From Acidimicrobiia bacterium (GTDB lineage Bacteria > Actinomycetota > Acidimicrobiia > Spongiisociales > UBA5794), in NCBI GenBank assembly GCA_965216945.1, contig CBDCGU010000003.1:899868-963867 (forward strand): a stretch of 64,000 nucleotides of DNA, in the 5' to 3' direction. Below, piece by piece: positions 1 through 10,239 of the stretch. The position numbers were made by a program, and so were the translations under genes. Position 1 is the stretch's first letter. Each line of letters opens with the position of its first letter. The notes under the pieces are model-generated. The model was given only the letters and a program-made list of their open reading frames with translations, did no database searches and was not told the DNA's origin.

Positions 1-53
1 TGCGGGCACGCCACGCAACGGGATGGAAAGACGTCATCGGAGTGGCGGGCGAT

Positions 54-2027
54 TCAGGCTTTGGCAGGTGCGGGATCGTCCGACGGTGGCTGTGCGGCGA
101 CGCGCCCTTCCGTCACGGTCAGCGTCTCCGGCCGCTGGATGCGGAGCGCCCCGGTCTCGGTGTGCTCCCACTTCGGCACGTCGGCGAACACCTTGGCCAC
201 TTCGTCGGCGTCGAGGGTCTCATTCTCCAGCAATGCGTTGGCGATGCCCTCGAGCGCCTCGCGATGCGTCGTCAGGATCTCACGGGCTTCGTCGTGAGCC
301 TGCGTGATCAGCCTGCGGACCTCGTCGTCGATGGCGGCGGCCACCTCGTCGGACAGGTCGTTCGAACGGGAGTAGTCGCGGCCGAGGAACACCTCGCCTT
401 CCGGCTTGCCGTAACGCAGCGGACCGAGACGGTCGCTCATGCCGAACTCCATCACCATCTTCCGAGCGAGATCCGTCGCTTTGTCGATGTCGTTCGATGC
501 CCCGGTGCTGGGATCGCCGAACACCAACTCCTCTGCTGTGCGGCCGCCGAGGGCGTAGGCAAGCTGGTCGACGAGCTCGCTTCGCCGGTTGAAGTACTTG
601 TCCTCCATGGGCAGTGCCAGGGTGTAGCCACCGGCACGACCCCGCGGGATGATCGTGACCTTGTGGATCGGGTCGAGGTTGGGAAGGACGTGACCGACGA
701 GGGCATGCCCTCCTTCGTGATAGGCGGTCAGGATCCGCTCTTCCTCGCTGATGACGCGGCTGCGGCGCTCGGGACCGGCGATCACGCGGTCGACGGCTTC
801 GTCCAACTCGAACATCGAGATCTCGGCCTTGTCGCGGCGGGCGGCCAGGAGCGCCGCCTCGTTGATGAGGTTGGCGAGGTCGGCACCGGTGAAACCCGGC
901 GTCTGCCGGGCGAGCGCGGCCATGTTGATGCCCTCGGCGAGCGGCTTGCCCTTCGAGTGCACCTCGAGAATGGCCTCTCGACCCTTCAGATCCGGCCGAT
1001 CCACCACGATCTGGCGATCGAACCGGCCGGGACGCAAGAGCGCGGGGTCGAGGATGTCGGGACGGTTGGTGGCGGCGATGACGATGACGCCGGTCTTCAC
1101 GTCGAAGCCGTCGAGCTCCACGAGGAGCTGGTTGAGGGTTTGCTCCCGCTCGTCGTGTCCGCCTCCGAGCCCGGCGCCACGATGACGGCCGACGGCGTCG
1201 ATCTCATCGATGAACACGATGGCCGGAGCGTTGTTCTTGGCCTGCTCGAACAGGTCGCGGACCCGGCTGGCGCCGACGCCGACGAACATCTCCACGAAGT
1301 CGGAGCCCGAGATCGAGAAGAAGGGCACACCGGCCTCGCCCGCAACGGCTCGCGCCAGCAGAGTCTTGCCGGTCCCCGGTGGACCGAAGAGCAGTACCCC
1401 CTTGGGGATCTTGGCGCCCATCGACCGAAACTTGGTCGGATTGGCCAGGAAGTCCTTGATCTCCTGCAACTCCTCGACCGCCTCGTCCGAGCCGGCGACA
1501 TCCTTGAAGGTGACCTTCGGACTGTCCTTGGAGACCTGCTTGGCCTTCGCCTTGCCGAACTGCATCACGCGGTTCCCCCCACCCTGCATCTGCATGAGGA
1601 TGAAGATGAAAACACCGAAGATCAGCAGGTACGGGAAGATCGTGCCGAGGAACCATTGGAACAGGGAAGGGTTCTCCGGGTCCGAGTTCACCGTGACGCC
1701 GTTGTCGAGCATGAGCTGCGTGAGCTGGCCCTCGTACTCGTTGGGATAGCCGACGATGAAGTCCGCGGTGCCGCCGGCCAGCACGGCGCTGTCGGCCAGT
1801 ATCCCCTCCAGCTGCTCGGACTTCTCCAGCAGCGTCACCTCTTCGACCGTGCCCGCCTCCACTTGGGCGATGAACTCGTTCAACGTCAGCTCGGTCGGCT
1901 GCGTCGCACCGTCCAAGAAGAAGTTCACGGCCATCAGCACGAGGAAGCCGACGGTCATGTAGACGAGAACGGTGCGGACGTTTCGATTCACGATGCTCCT
2001 AGAGACGCGCCAAACGGCGCCAGACAT
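54..2027 (-). CDS. ftsH: ATP-dependent zinc metalloprotease FtsH
   Basis: 657 aa. N-terminal TM segments, AAA Walker A GPPGTGKT, second region of homology, HEGGH zinc motif. Last gene of the tilS-hpt-ftsH operon. The true start may be an internal GTG. Confidence 0.95.
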   Translation of the reverse strand: MSGAVWRVSRSIVNRNVRTVLVYMTVGFLVLMAVNFFLDGATQPTELTLNEFIAQVEAGTVEEVTLLEKSEQLEGILADSAVLAGGTADFIVGYPNEYEGQLTQLMLDNGVTVNSDPENPSLFQWFLGTIFPYLLIFGVFIFILMQMQGGGNRVMQFGKAKAKQVSKDSPKVTFKDVAGSDEAVEELQEIKDFLANPTKFRSMGAKIPKGVLLFGPPGTGKTLLARAVAGEAGVPFFSISGSDFVEMFVGVGASRVRDLFEQAKNNAPAIVFIDEIDAVGRHRGAGLGGGHDEREQTLNQLLVELDGFDVKTGVIVIAATNRPDILDPALLRPGRFDRQIVVDRPDLKGREAILEVHSKGKPLAEGINMAALARQTPGFTGADLANLINEAALLAARRDKAEISMFELDEAVDRVIAGPERRSRVISEEERILTAYHEGGHALVGHVLPNLDPIHKVTIIPRGRAGGYTLALPMEDKYFNRRSELVDQLAYALGGRTAEELVFGDPSTGASNDIDKATDLARKMVMEFGMSDRLGPLRYGKPEGEVFLGRDYSRSNDLSDEVAAAIDDEVRRLITQAHDEAREILTTHREALEGIANALLENETLDADEVAKVFADVPKWEHTETGALRIQRPETLTVTEGRVAAQPPSDDPAPAKA

Positions 2028-2088
2028 GGCAACAGTCTATGTTCTCGGCGGGCGTAGCGAGAAAGCAAATCCTGAGCTTGCCTGCTCG

Positions 2089-2619
2089 CTACTCGCCAAA
2101 GCCCTCCACCACCCCGACATAGGGCAGGTTGCGGTACTTCTCTGCGTAGTCCAGCCCGTAGCCGATGACGAACTCGGGCGGGATGTGGAAGCCCTCGTAT
2201 TTGATGCTCGTGGGCGGCCGTTCCACCCCGTCCTTGACCAGGAGCGCCGCCAGCTCGAGCGACGCAGGCTGCCGGACTCGCAAGCTCTTCATGAGATATC
2301 GCAGTGTGAGACCGGAGTCGATGATGTCCTCGACGATCAGCACGTGGCGGCCCGCAATCTCCTGGTCGAGGTCCTTGAGGATCCGAACCACGCCGGACGA
2401 CTTGGTCGAGGCGCCGTAGGAGGACACGGCCATGAAGTCGAACTCGACGGGAAGCTCGACATGGCGGGCGAGGTCGGCCATCACCATGAAGGCTCCCTTG
2501 AGGACACCGACCATGAGCAGGTCCTTGCCGTCGTAGTCGGCGGTGATCGCCGCCCCCATCTCCGCGAGCTTGGCGTCGATCTCCTCGGCCGAGATCATGA
2601 CCTTCACATCGTCGAGCAT
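2089..2619 (-). CDS. hpt: hypoxanthine-guanine phosphoribosyltransferase
   Basis: 176 aa. PRPP-binding motif VLIVEDIIDSGLT. Sits between tilS and ftsH as in many bacteria. Confidence 0.9.
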   Translation of the reverse strand: MLDDVKVMISAEEIDAKLAEMGAAITADYDGKDLLMVGVLKGAFMVMADLARHVELPVEFDFMAVSSYGASTKSSGVVRILKDLDQEIAGRHVLIVEDIIDSGLTLRYLMKSLRVRQPASLELAALLVKDGVERPPTSIKYEGFHIPPEFVIGYGLDYAEKYRNLPYVGVVEGFGE

Positions 2620-3903
2620 TCAGCGCCTCTCCGTGGTGAGCTGCAGAACCCGAACCGCGTCGGCATGCGGCCGGGACCAGACCGCCGACCTGACGCCGGC
2701 GATCCAGACAATCTTCCCATGAGCGGCGACGACGGGCCAAGTGGCCCGAAGCCGAGGCGGTACCGCCACCTCGTTGAACGCGTCCGAGACCAGCTTCGAC
2801 CCTGTTCCGATGTGAACATGCTCCCCGACGTCGGCCGCCCGCACCTCCAGGTCGCCGGACAGTCCGGCGTCGACGATGGCGACGTGACGACCACGTACGT
2901 GCACCCGCGGCGCCGCCACGACCTCGGCGTGCAGCGTGTGGCCTCCAAAGGTCACCCGGGTTCCGGCCACGAGACGGACGGGGCCTTCGAGTGGGGACCG
3001 AGCTGTGGCGTCATAGACCGTGATGAGCGGGCCCTCGCGGGCGGCCCGCAGCCCACCGCCGAGATCGGTCGATACGCCGTCGACGGCTCCCATGACCGCA
3101 TCGACGGCGCGTCGGTCCCCCGCATACGGGGGGCGCATCTGTCGCAAGACCCGTCGCACGACACGCGAGGTCACGGGTGCCGGGAGAGCCCGCACCGCCG
3201 CCGCCGGAAAGGAGATGGCCCCCTCGGCGCGGACGAGCGGGACCGATGCCGCGACGGACTCGAGCACCGCGTCGTCGGCAGCGGCCAGCTCGGCTGAACG
3301 CCGGATTCCCGCAAGGGCACCGGGCACCAATGCGGCCAGCCGGGGCAAGATGTCGTCGCGCACCTGGTTGCGAGGCCGGTCCTCCACGTTGGCGGGATCG
3401 TCGGCATAGGGCAGGCCCAGGTCGTCGGCAACACGGCGCACCGCTGCGGCGTCGCTTGCGAGGAGAGGACGGACGTATCCACCCCGCCGTTGTGGAATGC
3501 CCAACCCGGCGGCGCCGGCGCCCCGCGCCATGTTGAGCAGCGCCGTCTCGGCAACGTCGCCGCCGTGGTGGCCGGTCACGATCGGGTCTCCCTTGGCCGC
3601 CTCCTCGATCGCGGTCAGACGCACTTGCCGCGCCTCACCCTCGGTCGTGGTCGGCTCGACGGCGATCACCTCGAGCGGCAGCTCCAGCGAGGCGGCGACA
3701 GCTCGGGCGGCCCGTTCCATCCCGGCCGAGTGTCGCCAGCCGTGCTGGACGAAGACGGCCCGCGGCCGGGCGGGGGGGTCGAGCTGGGTGCTCAGCCATG
3801 CCACCACGGCGCTGTCGGGCCCGCCGCTCAAGGCCACGACGAAGCGTCTACGGGGGAACACCGCAGCGGTGGCGGCGCGGAGTTCGGCGGCTCGTGGCGT
3901 CAC
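2620..3903 (-). CDS. tilS: tRNA(Ile)-lysidine synthetase TilS
   Basis: PP-loop SGGPDS motif. The long ORF runs to 3996, but an in-frame GTG at 3903-3901 overlaps the TGA of the upstream gene (GTGA), the coupling pattern common in this window. Confidence 0.85.
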   Translation of the reverse strand: MTPRAAELRAATAAVFPRRRFVVALSGGPDSAVVAWLSTQLDPPARPRAVFVQHGWRHSAGMERAARAVAASLELPLEVIAVEPTTTEGEARQVRLTAIEEAAKGDPIVTGHHGGDVAETALLNMARGAGAAGLGIPQRRGGYVRPLLASDAAAVRRVADDLGLPYADDPANVEDRPRNQVRDDILPRLAALVPGALAGIRRSAELAAADDAVLESVAASVPLVRAEGAISFPAAAVRALPAPVTSRVVRRVLRQMRPPYAGDRRAVDAVMGAVDGVSTDLGGGLRAAREGPLITVYDATARSPLEGPVRLVAGTRVTFGGHTLHAEVVAAPRVHVRGRHVAIVDAGLSGDLEVRAADVGEHVHIGTGSKLVSDAFNEVAVPPRLRATWPVVAAHGKIVWIAGVRSAVWSRPHADAVRVLQLTTERR

Positions 3904-4931
3904 GCCACCCGGTCGAGCCACTGCACCGGGTTGTCGATCTCGGCGAGCGTCGGGAGATGCGCTTCGGACTTCCATGCGATGTCGAGCACGTCCCACCCCG
4001 CATGGCGTTCGACGCCCTTGATGAACTGGGCCCCCGCTTCGTATTGCTTGAGCTTCATCTCGAGACCGACCAGCCGCATGAACATCGCCGTCCTCGGATC
4101 CTGACGGCGCATCTTCAACACTTCGGACATACGGCGTTGCGTCAGCAGCTCCCGTTCGCCGATGCGGTCCATCACGACGTGGCCGTGGCCCTCGAGGAGC
4201 GACATCAGCGCCTGGACCTTGTCGATGGCGTCACGTTGCGCCGGGGTGGCGAAGATCCCGAACAGCCCGCGCTCGTCGACCAGCGGTTCGCCCGATGCGG
4301 ACGCCTGTCTCAGCTCCGCCGCCACCCGCTGGATGCGCCCCGGCTCGGGTGTTGCCGTCGCGACCAGCTCGCCGACGAGGCCCAGGAAGTAATCGCGCAA
4401 CCACGGGACGCCGATGAACTGCGCACGGTGGGTGCACTCGTGCAACGCCACCCAGAACCGGAACTCGGCGGGCCGGAACTCGAACTGGCGCTCCATCGCC
4501 AGGACGTTGGCTCCGACGAACATCACGGTGTCGCCCTGACCACCATCGGCGGTGGGGAGCACCAGCTCGTATTGACCGAGCACTCGCCGACTCAGCATTC
4601 CGAGCACGGCGCCGAGCTCGACCGCCACCACCCGAGAGGTCACCGCCGCGCCGAGGCCCGACTGTTGCTCCAGCCGCTCCTCGGCGGGCGCAAGCAGCAC
4701 GCCGAACGACTCGACGTTGGCATCGGCCCATTCCGTTCGCGTGACCACGGCGACGTCCGGTTCTCCCGGTGTGTGCAATCCGGTCTCGTCCGACACCATC
4801 TCGGCGGCACGACGAACCAGACCTGGCGCCTGAGCGGCGAATCGGGCCTCGTGATACGTGCCCTCGAGGGCGTATCGCCCGGAGAGACGAGCCGCCACCT
4901 TTGACACCAGCGGCCATTCCACGCGTGACAT
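3900..4931 (-). CDS. zinc-dependent metalloprotease, DUF2342-like (HECTH motif)
   Basis: 343 aa soluble protein with HEXXH (HECTH). Position upstream of tilS matches the conserved actinobacterial arrangement. Confidence 0.7.
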   Translation of the reverse strand: MSRVEWPLVSKVAARLSGRYALEGTYHEARFAAQAPGLVRRAAEMVSDETGLHTPGEPDVAVVTRTEWADANVESFGVLLAPAEERLEQQSGLGAAVTSRVVAVELGAVLGMLSRRVLGQYELVLPTADGGQGDTVMFVGANVLAMERQFEFRPAEFRFWVALHECTHRAQFIGVPWLRDYFLGLVGELVATATPEPGRIQRVAAELRQASASGEPLVDERGLFGIFATPAQRDAIDKVQALMSLLEGHGHVVMDRIGERELLTQRRMSEVLKMRRQDPRTAMFMRLVGLEMKLKQYEAGAQFIKGVERHAGWDVLDIAWKSEAHLPTLAEIDNPVQWLDRVA

Positions 4932-4987
4932 GGTCGCGAGAGTACTGCGGGCAGGAGCGTGAACTTCCGTCGAGATCCCGAAGCGAT

Positions 4988-5329
4988 CTACTGGGTGACG
5001 CGGTATTTACCGCGAAGACCGGCGCTGTAATAGACGAGGGCGCCGATCAGACCGAGCACGGCCAGCAGGGCAACGGTTGGGGCGAGGAACCGTTGGGTCC
5101 ATGGCTGCTCCGTCTCATCCTCCGCGACGGGGGGAGCCTCAACCGCAGGGTCGATCCCCAGCTCGGATCCTTGGTCCTCCTCCACGACCTCACCCTCGGT
5201 CTCACTCTCGGTGAAGGCGAGGGGGAACGAACCCACAGCCAGTGCAGGTGCGGCAGACAGCACTACGACCAGAGACAGCACTACGACCAGCACGGCCGCA
5301 AGTGCGCTGAGGAGTGTCCGGCGTCGCAT
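4988..5329 (-). CDS. hypothetical secreted/membrane protein
   Basis: 113 aa. N-terminal signal/TM segment, acidic linker, C-terminal TM. High GC3. Confidence 0.45.
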   Translation of the reverse strand: MRRRTLLSALAAVLVVVLSLVVVLSAAPALAVGSFPLAFTESETEGEVVEEDQGSELGIDPAVEAPPVAEDETEQPWTQRFLAPTVALLAVLGLIGALVYYSAGLRGKYRVTQ

Positions 5330-5368
5330 CGAAGCCGGAGGTTAGCCGCTCCGTGGAACGGGACCGCC

Positions 5369-5563
5369 TCAGCTCTCGGCGACGATGCGACCCCGCAGGC
5401 GGGGGAACTTGGTGGGCGCATGCGAGTAGCAGTACTCGCGCTTGTTGTACCGGCTCAACAAAGTGTCGCAATCGTCGCGGGCGCATGTCCGGTCTTCTGC
5501 AAGCGCCTTCGGAGCGCGACCGTTGCCGAGCATGCGCCGGCCTTTCATCACGTTCTCAGCCAT
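5369..5563 (-). CDS. small Cys/His-containing hypothetical protein
   Basis: 64 aa from the internal ATG (MAENV...). CxxxxC...CxxH spacing and GGAAAG upstream. Lies directly downstream of the sigma/anti-sigma pair. Confidence 0.4.
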   Translation of the reverse strand: MAENVMKGRRMLGNGRAPKALAEDRTCARDDCDTLLSRYNKREYCYSHAPTKFPRLRGRIVAES

Positions 5564-5604
5564 TTGATGTCTCGCTTTCCGCCCAAGCCCTGACCCGATG
5601 CCCC

Positions 5605-5853
5605 TCACCGGCCATCGTCTTGGGCAGCCTCCTCTTGTATCAACGTTCGGAGGCGGTCAAAAAGTTCCGGCGGAGGTTGGTCCCGACCCCGCTCCCGGAT
5701 GACGGTCTTGAGCCGGGTTTCGAAGTCGAAGGCGTCGCAGCATTGGTTGCACCGACGCAGATGCCACCGAATGCGAATCCTCCGCGACCAGGTCAGCTCC
5801 TGGTCGAGGTAGTGATAGATGTACTCAACCGCGTGATCACAGCCGGTGCTCAT
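5605..5853 (-). CDS. rshA: anti-sigma factor, ZAS family (RsrA/RshA-like)
   Basis: 82 aa. HxxxCxxC zinc motif (H31, C35, C38 plus C5) resembling RsrA. ATG overlaps the sigma factor stop (ATGA). The rest of the 313-aa track ORF is an artefact running over the tRNA. Confidence 0.8.
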   Translation of the reverse strand: MSTGCDHAVEYIYHYLDQELTWSRRIRIRWHLRRCNQCCDAFDFETRLKTVIRERGRDQPPPELFDRLRTLIQEEAAQDDGR

Positions 5854-6413
5854 GAGCTTGGACCTGCCAGGCCTCGTTCCTCTGCCAGTCTCCACAACTT
5901 CTGCTGCAGCGCTTTTCTTCCACGATGAAGCCGCGACATGACGGTACCGATCGGGATGTCGATGATCTCGGCGATCTCCTTGTACGAGAAGCCTTCGACA
6001 TCGGCAAGCAGCACGGGCATCCGGAAGTGGTCGGGCAGCGACTCGAGCGCCTGCTTGATGTCCGAGTCGACGAAGAGGTCGAGGACCTCCTCCTCGGCGC
6101 TGACCGAGGCACCCGAGGCTTCCCCGAGGCGACGAAACAGATAGAGGTCCTGCAGTTCGCCGAGCTCCACCTCGCTGGGGCGGCGCTGTTGTTTTCTGTA
6201 GCGATTGATGTAGGTGTTCGTGAGGATGCGATACAGCCAGGCCTTCAGGTTCGTGCCCTCTTCGAACGTGTGATACGCCCGGTATGCCTTGAGATACGTC
6301 TCTTGCACGACGTCCTCCGCATCGGCCGGGTTCCGGGTCATCCGGAGGGCAGCCGAGTAGAGCTGCGGGGCGAACTGCATCGCATCGCGCTCGAAATTGG
6401 CCTGATCCGCCAT
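5850..6413 (-). CDS. sigH: ECF RNA polymerase sigma factor, SigH/SigR type
   Basis: 187 aa. Sigma-70 region 2 and region 4 motifs. Translationally coupled to the downstream ZAS anti-sigma factor. Confidence 0.85.
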   Translation of the reverse strand: MADQANFERDAMQFAPQLYSAALRMTRNPADAEDVVQETYLKAYRAYHTFEEGTNLKAWLYRILTNTYINRYRKQQRRPSEVELGELQDLYLFRRLGEASGASVSAEEEVLDLFVDSDIKQALESLPDHFRMPVLLADVEGFSYKEIAEIIDIPIGTVMSRLHRGRKALQQKLWRLAEERGLAGPSS

Positions 6414-6507
6414 GGTCCTCGTGGGGGTCGAGTGTGGACTGCACCCTATCGGGTGCCGCCGCGAACGCAGGGCGTTCTGCGGGCGCCAGCGTCTCGGTCG
6501 TGCTGGA

Positions 6508-6583
6508 TGGAGCCGGAGACGGGAATCGAACCCGTGACCTACGCATTACGAGTGCGTCGCTCTACCGACTGAGCTACCCCGGC
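6508..6583 (-). tRNA. tRNA-Thr (anticodon CGU)
   Basis: Cloverleaf folded by hand: 7-bp acceptor stem GCCGGGG/CUCCGGC, D arm GCUC..GAGC, anticodon stem ACGCA/UGCGU with loop CUCGUAA, T arm ACGGG-UUCGAUU-CCCGU, discriminator U and encoded CCA. Confidence 0.85.
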
Positions 6584-6633
6584 GTGGGCGGAATTGTACT
6601 TCGGCACGGATGGGCCTGCGCCGAGCCACACCC

Positions 6634-6650
6634 TTCGCCGCAGGCGGCCT
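6634..6650. terminator. GC-rich hairpin CCGCAGG-CGG-CCTGCGG downstream of the epimerase gene
   Basis: Perfect 7-bp inverted repeat in the gap between the epimerase stop and the tRNA. No U-tract, as is usual for actinobacterial terminators. Confidence 0.3.
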
Positions 6651-6813
6651 GCGGCGAGCTCGATCGTCCGGCTTCGCCGGGATGATTGCCTGGGATCGCA
6701 CCGCACAAGTCGCTGCGATCCCGGCACGAAGGGGAAGGCGCCGAGGTTCCCCCTCCCCGGCAAGGTCGCTTCGCTTGTCGCCAACGGGCTCAGATCGGGT
6801 GCCTCGGAACAAA

Positions 6814-7755
6814 TCAGCCCTGCTCGCGCCACCAGGCGAGAGTCTTGGCGAGCCCTTCGTCGAAATCGACGGGAGCGACGTCGGGGAACAGGTCGAGGAG
6901 CCGGTTCGGGTCGGCGGTGCTGTGACGGATGTCACCCGGACGGGGATCTCCGTGTTCGACCTGCAACGCATGCCCGAAGACGTCCTCGAGTTGAGCGATG
7001 AGCTCGAGGAGCGTGGTGCCGCCACCAAACGCCAGGTTCACCGGGATGTCGTTGACGACCCTTCGCTTGACCGCCTCGACGAGCGTCCAGGTCACCGTGT
7101 CCACGTAGGTGAAGTCCCGCGACTGCTTGCCGTCACCGTTGACGTGGAGCGTCTCGCCCTGCATCGCCGCCGAGATCCACGCCGGGATCACCGCGGCGTA
7201 GGCATGGCCGGCCGGCTGGCGAGGCCCATAGACGTTGAAGAAGCGGAACACGAGCGACGGCAGGCCGTAGGAATGCCGGAAAGCGATCGCATACCACTCC
7301 GTGGCGACCTTGCTCACCGCATAGGGGCTCATGGGCCGCGTCGGCAGGTCTTCGTGCTTGGGGAGGTCGGGAGTGGCCCCGTACACGCTCGAGGACGACG
7401 CAACGATGGTGTGGATGCCGCCGTGGCGGCGGGCCGCCTCCATCACCATGAGCGTCCCGGTGGCGTTGCGCTCGTGGGTCTTCATCGGGTTCTTCACCGA
7501 CTTCGGCACGGAGCCCCGGGCGGCGAGATGCACGATGGCGTCCGCACCGGCACACACTCGATCCAATGCGTCCGCATCGAGGATGGAACCGACGACGAGC
7601 TCCGCATCGATGCCTTCGAGATTCTCAGCGAATCCGTTCGACAGATCGTCGAGCGCCACGACTTCGCCGATGGCATTGTCGTGCGCCAGCGCCTCGCAGA
7701 GATTCGATCCGATGAACCCGGCTCCGCCGGTCACGACAACCTTCATGTTCCCCAC
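6814..7755 (-). CDS. NAD-dependent epimerase/dehydratase (UDP-glucose 4-epimerase-like)
   Basis: 313 aa. N-terminal GGAGFIGS Rossmann motif and YxxxK (YAVSK) catalytic motif. Confidence 0.85.
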   Translation of the reverse strand: MGNMKVVVTGGAGFIGSNLCEALAHDNAIGEVVALDDLSNGFAENLEGIDAELVVGSILDADALDRVCAGADAIVHLAARGSVPKSVKNPMKTHERNATGTLMVMEAARRHGGIHTIVASSSSVYGATPDLPKHEDLPTRPMSPYAVSKVATEWYAIAFRHSYGLPSLVFRFFNVYGPRQPAGHAYAAVIPAWISAAMQGETLHVNGDGKQSRDFTYVDTVTWTLVEAVKRRVVNDIPVNLAFGGGTTLLELIAQLEDVFGHALQVEHGDPRPGDIRHSTADPNRLLDLFPDVAPVDFDEGLAKTLAWWREQG

Positions 7756-7837
7756 ATCCTCGCTGTGAACAAACGACGGTACCGGAGCCGCAGACGTACG
7801 TCACTGGGCCTACCGACCCGGTGGCCCCAAGCAACGA

Positions 7838-8647
7838 TCACTCGCCCAGCTCGGAGAGGGCGTGTCGCAGCATCTCCTGGAGACGGCGCTCCATCACCGC
7901 CGGATGGACGTCGAGGCCGACGTGCAACCAAGGTGGGTAGGGCTCGATCGGCAGCGTTCCGAGGAGAGTGACGAGGTCCCACCTCGGGTCGTAGTCGTGA
8001 CCGGCCAGCGAGCACCAGTGGTCGCGCACACGGTTGGCCGTCGCCACGCCATACATGGCGGTGAGATTCACCCGGCAGTGGGCGATATCGACCGGCGCCG
8101 GCCCAACGCAGGCGTTCACCCAGTCGACCACGCCGCTGAGCCGGCTCTCCGAGAACAGCAGGTTCATGGGGTGGTGGTCGCGGTGCAGGACGACCATCGG
8201 CGCATCGGGGAGCCCGGGGGCGACGACGGCTGCGGCGCGCTGCCAGAGCCCGCGATCGCGCCGAGGGAGTTCCAGATCGTCGGCGATCCATGGGTCGTAG
8301 GGCCACCGCAGCGCAGCGGTGTCGGCCGCGGCGACCGCCACAGGCACCCCGGCGAGTGTGCGCAGCCACGCCGGCTCGGGAGGCTGCGGCGCCACGACCA
8401 TCCCCGGGAGATGAGTCATCACCACGGCGGGCACTCCCGCAGCGTGGCCCGCGGCGTCGTAGGCGATCAGCTCCGGGGTCGGCACGTCCACCGTCTCCGC
8501 CATCTGGAGCGCACCGGCCTCGTGCTCTGCCAGATCGGGTTCCTCGCAAAGCCATTGCTCGCTGGTGAACCACCGCACGACGTAACGCCGTTCGCGGTCG
8601 TCCTGCAACATCACCACCGTCGACGAGGTCGCCACGAGAGGGGCCAT
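7838..8647 (-). CDS. phosphotransferase family protein (APH/choline-kinase-like)
   Basis: HRDHHPMN catalytic loop and downstream DW motif. Start placed at the internal ATG (MAPLV...); the Arg-rich 148-aa extension to 9091 looks non-coding and overlaps a coupled plus-strand gene. Confidence 0.6.
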   Translation of the reverse strand: MAPLVATSSTVVMLQDDRERRYVVRWFTSEQWLCEEPDLAEHEAGALQMAETVDVPTPELIAYDAAGHAAGVPAVVMTHLPGMVVAPQPPEPAWLRTLAGVPVAVAAADTAALRWPYDPWIADDLELPRRDRGLWQRAAAVVAPGLPDAPMVVLHRDHHPMNLLFSESRLSGVVDWVNACVGPAPVDIAHCRVNLTAMYGVATANRVRDHWCSLAGHDYDPRWDLVTLLGTLPIEPYPPWLHVGLDVHPAVMERRLQEMLRHALSELGE

Positions 8648-8767
8648 GCGCACCACCGAGGCACCGATCGACGACTCGACCCACCGCAGATCGGCACCGG
8701 CGGGCAGTATCGTCTCGGCGTTCACTTCATCGTCCTGCGGTCCGGGAGGCCCATCGTGCTCGACAAG

Positions 8768-9034
8768 ATGCTCGGCATGTTCGACGACTCCGACCCGGGC
8801 AAGATACGCGACATCGTCGCGAGGGAATCGGACCCCGACGAGCTCGCCACATCGGCCGAGCCGGCGCCGGATCACAAGCTCGAGTCCATGGCGGGCAAAC
8901 TCGACGAGATCACGACACAGGTCCGACGGCTGAAAGCGCGATGGACGGAGGCGGACCGAGATCTCGGTGACGAGGGCGTGCAGTTTCGGGGGTCGGGTGA
9001 GCTGCCGACCGGCGTCGCCGCCATCGGTCCGTGA
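8768..9034 (+). CDS. small acidic hypothetical protein, 88 aa
   Basis: C-terminal piece of track ORF 7862..9034, with protein-like composition only from MLGMFDD onward. Its stop overlaps the GTG start of the next gene (GTGA). Confidence 0.5.
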   Translation: MLGMFDDSDPGKIRDIVARESDPDELATSAEPAPDHKLESMAGKLDEITTQVRRLKARWTEADRDLGDEGVQFRGSGELPTGVAAIGP

Positions 9035-10239
9035 CGGAGGCACCCCATCCCATCCGGCAGGGCCGCTCCGTGCGTCGCCGTGTCGTCGCACTCCTCGTTG
9101 CCTGGCTCGTGGGCGCGGCGGTGTTGCGGGTCACGCTCCTGGCGCCCGAGGTGTGCCCTGCATTCACCGCGGACGAAGCTCGCGCCACTGCGGTCGCCGC
9201 CGTCGACTGGATCGTCGACAACCAGTTCGACAACGGGCGTTATCTCTACCTGTACGACCGGGAGTCGGGGGAGACACCGAACCAGTACAACCTCGTGCGT
9301 CACGCCGGCACGACGATGGCTGTCTACCAACTGGTGGCGGCAGGCGAGACGGAGTACCTCGCGGCCGCCGACCGGGCCACGCAGTACATGCTCGACCGGA
9401 TGGTGACGACGGGCGACGATGCGGCAGGTTGGGCGGAGCCGGGCAACGACCTCCAACTCGGCGCCGCGGCACTGATGACGCTGTCCCTCCTGATCAGGCG
9501 AGAGGCGACAGGGGACGACGTGTTCGACGACGAGCTGCGCAGACTCGGGCGCTTCATGGAGGGCCAGCAACTGCCCGACGGGGTGATGCTGGAGCGCTGG
9601 CTGCTTTCCACCGGAGCACCCAACCCGAGTCAACGGTCCCGGTATGCCACAGGCGAGGCACTGTGGGCGTTTGCCTACCTCCACGACACGTTCCCGGGCG
9701 AAGGCTGGGACGGCGCGGCGTTTCGCACGTTGGACTACCTCAGTCTGCGTCGGGACGACGAGGAGCAACTGTTCCCCAACCCGTGGCCCGACCAGTGGGC
9801 GGCCTACTCACTCGGGCAGCTGGCAACCTGGGACCTGGAGGACCATCAGATCGAGTACGCCCGAAGCCTCGCTGCCCAGTTCGGTGTCCAAGTGCGATGG
9901 GATTCCCAGCGCAGCGGCGGCATCGCCACGCTCACCCACCCCCCTGAACCACGCGGCGCCGGATTCGGGACCGTGCTCGAGGGGCTCGGCCGCCTCGGCG
10001 TCCTGGCCGCCGCCGACGACCGCCTGGCCGACCTTCGCCAGCCGATCGAGGAGCGTCTCGTATGCGGCGCCGCCCGTCTGGCTGCCGCCCAGGTGGGAGC
10101 CGGCGACGTCGTGGGCGCTGAGCCGGAATACGAGCTCGGCGCCTGGTTCCTGAACGACGAGACTCGCATGGACGATCAACAGCATGCAGCCTCCGGCATG
10201 TTGTGGGCGGAAGCCGTGCTCCGAGGGGGCACACCGTGA
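9031..10239 (+). CDS. membrane-anchored repeat protein, possibly alpha/alpha-toroid (prenyltransferase/terpene-cyclase-like) fold
   Basis: 402 aa. N-terminal TM anchor, then repeated aromatic/Gly-rich segments (QFDNGRY, GEALWAF, WAAYSLGQ). The fold assignment is tentative. Confidence 0.55.
   Translation: MTEAPHPIRQGRSVRRRVVALLVAWLVGAAVLRVTLLAPEVCPAFTADEARATAVAAVDWIVDNQFDNGRYLYLYDRESGETPNQYNLVRHAGTTMAVYQLVAAGETEYLAAADRATQYMLDRMVTTGDDAAGWAEPGNDLQLGAAALMTLSLLIRREATGDDVFDDELRRLGRFMEGQQLPDGVMLERWLLSTGAPNPSQRSRYATGEALWAFAYLHDTFPGEGWDGAAFRTLDYLSLRRDDEEQLFPNPWPDQWAAYSLGQLATWDLEDHQIEYARSLAAQFGVQVRWDSQRSGGIATLTHPPEPRGAGFGTVLEGLGRLGVLAAADDRLADLRQPIEERLVCGAARLAAAQVGAGDVVGAEPEYELGAWFLNDETRMDDQQHAASGMLWAEAVLRGGTP

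Noticed and set aside
42-2057. 671-aa plus-strand ORF covering the ftsH region
   Set aside because: It is antisense to a clearly real ftsH. Its Arg/Gly/Asp-rich composition is typical of a high-GC off-frame, and it has no motifs.
6414-6546. Upper part of track ORF 5605..6546
   Set aside because: It runs across the tRNA-Thr gene. Only the 82-aa ZAS anti-sigma factor at its 3-prime end is real.
7743-8684. 313-aa minus-strand Arg-rich ORF, and the 148-aa N-terminal extension of the phosphotransferase ORF up to 9091
   Set aside because: The composition is that of an alternate frame over real genes. The extension would overlap the coupled plus-strand small gene ending at 9034.
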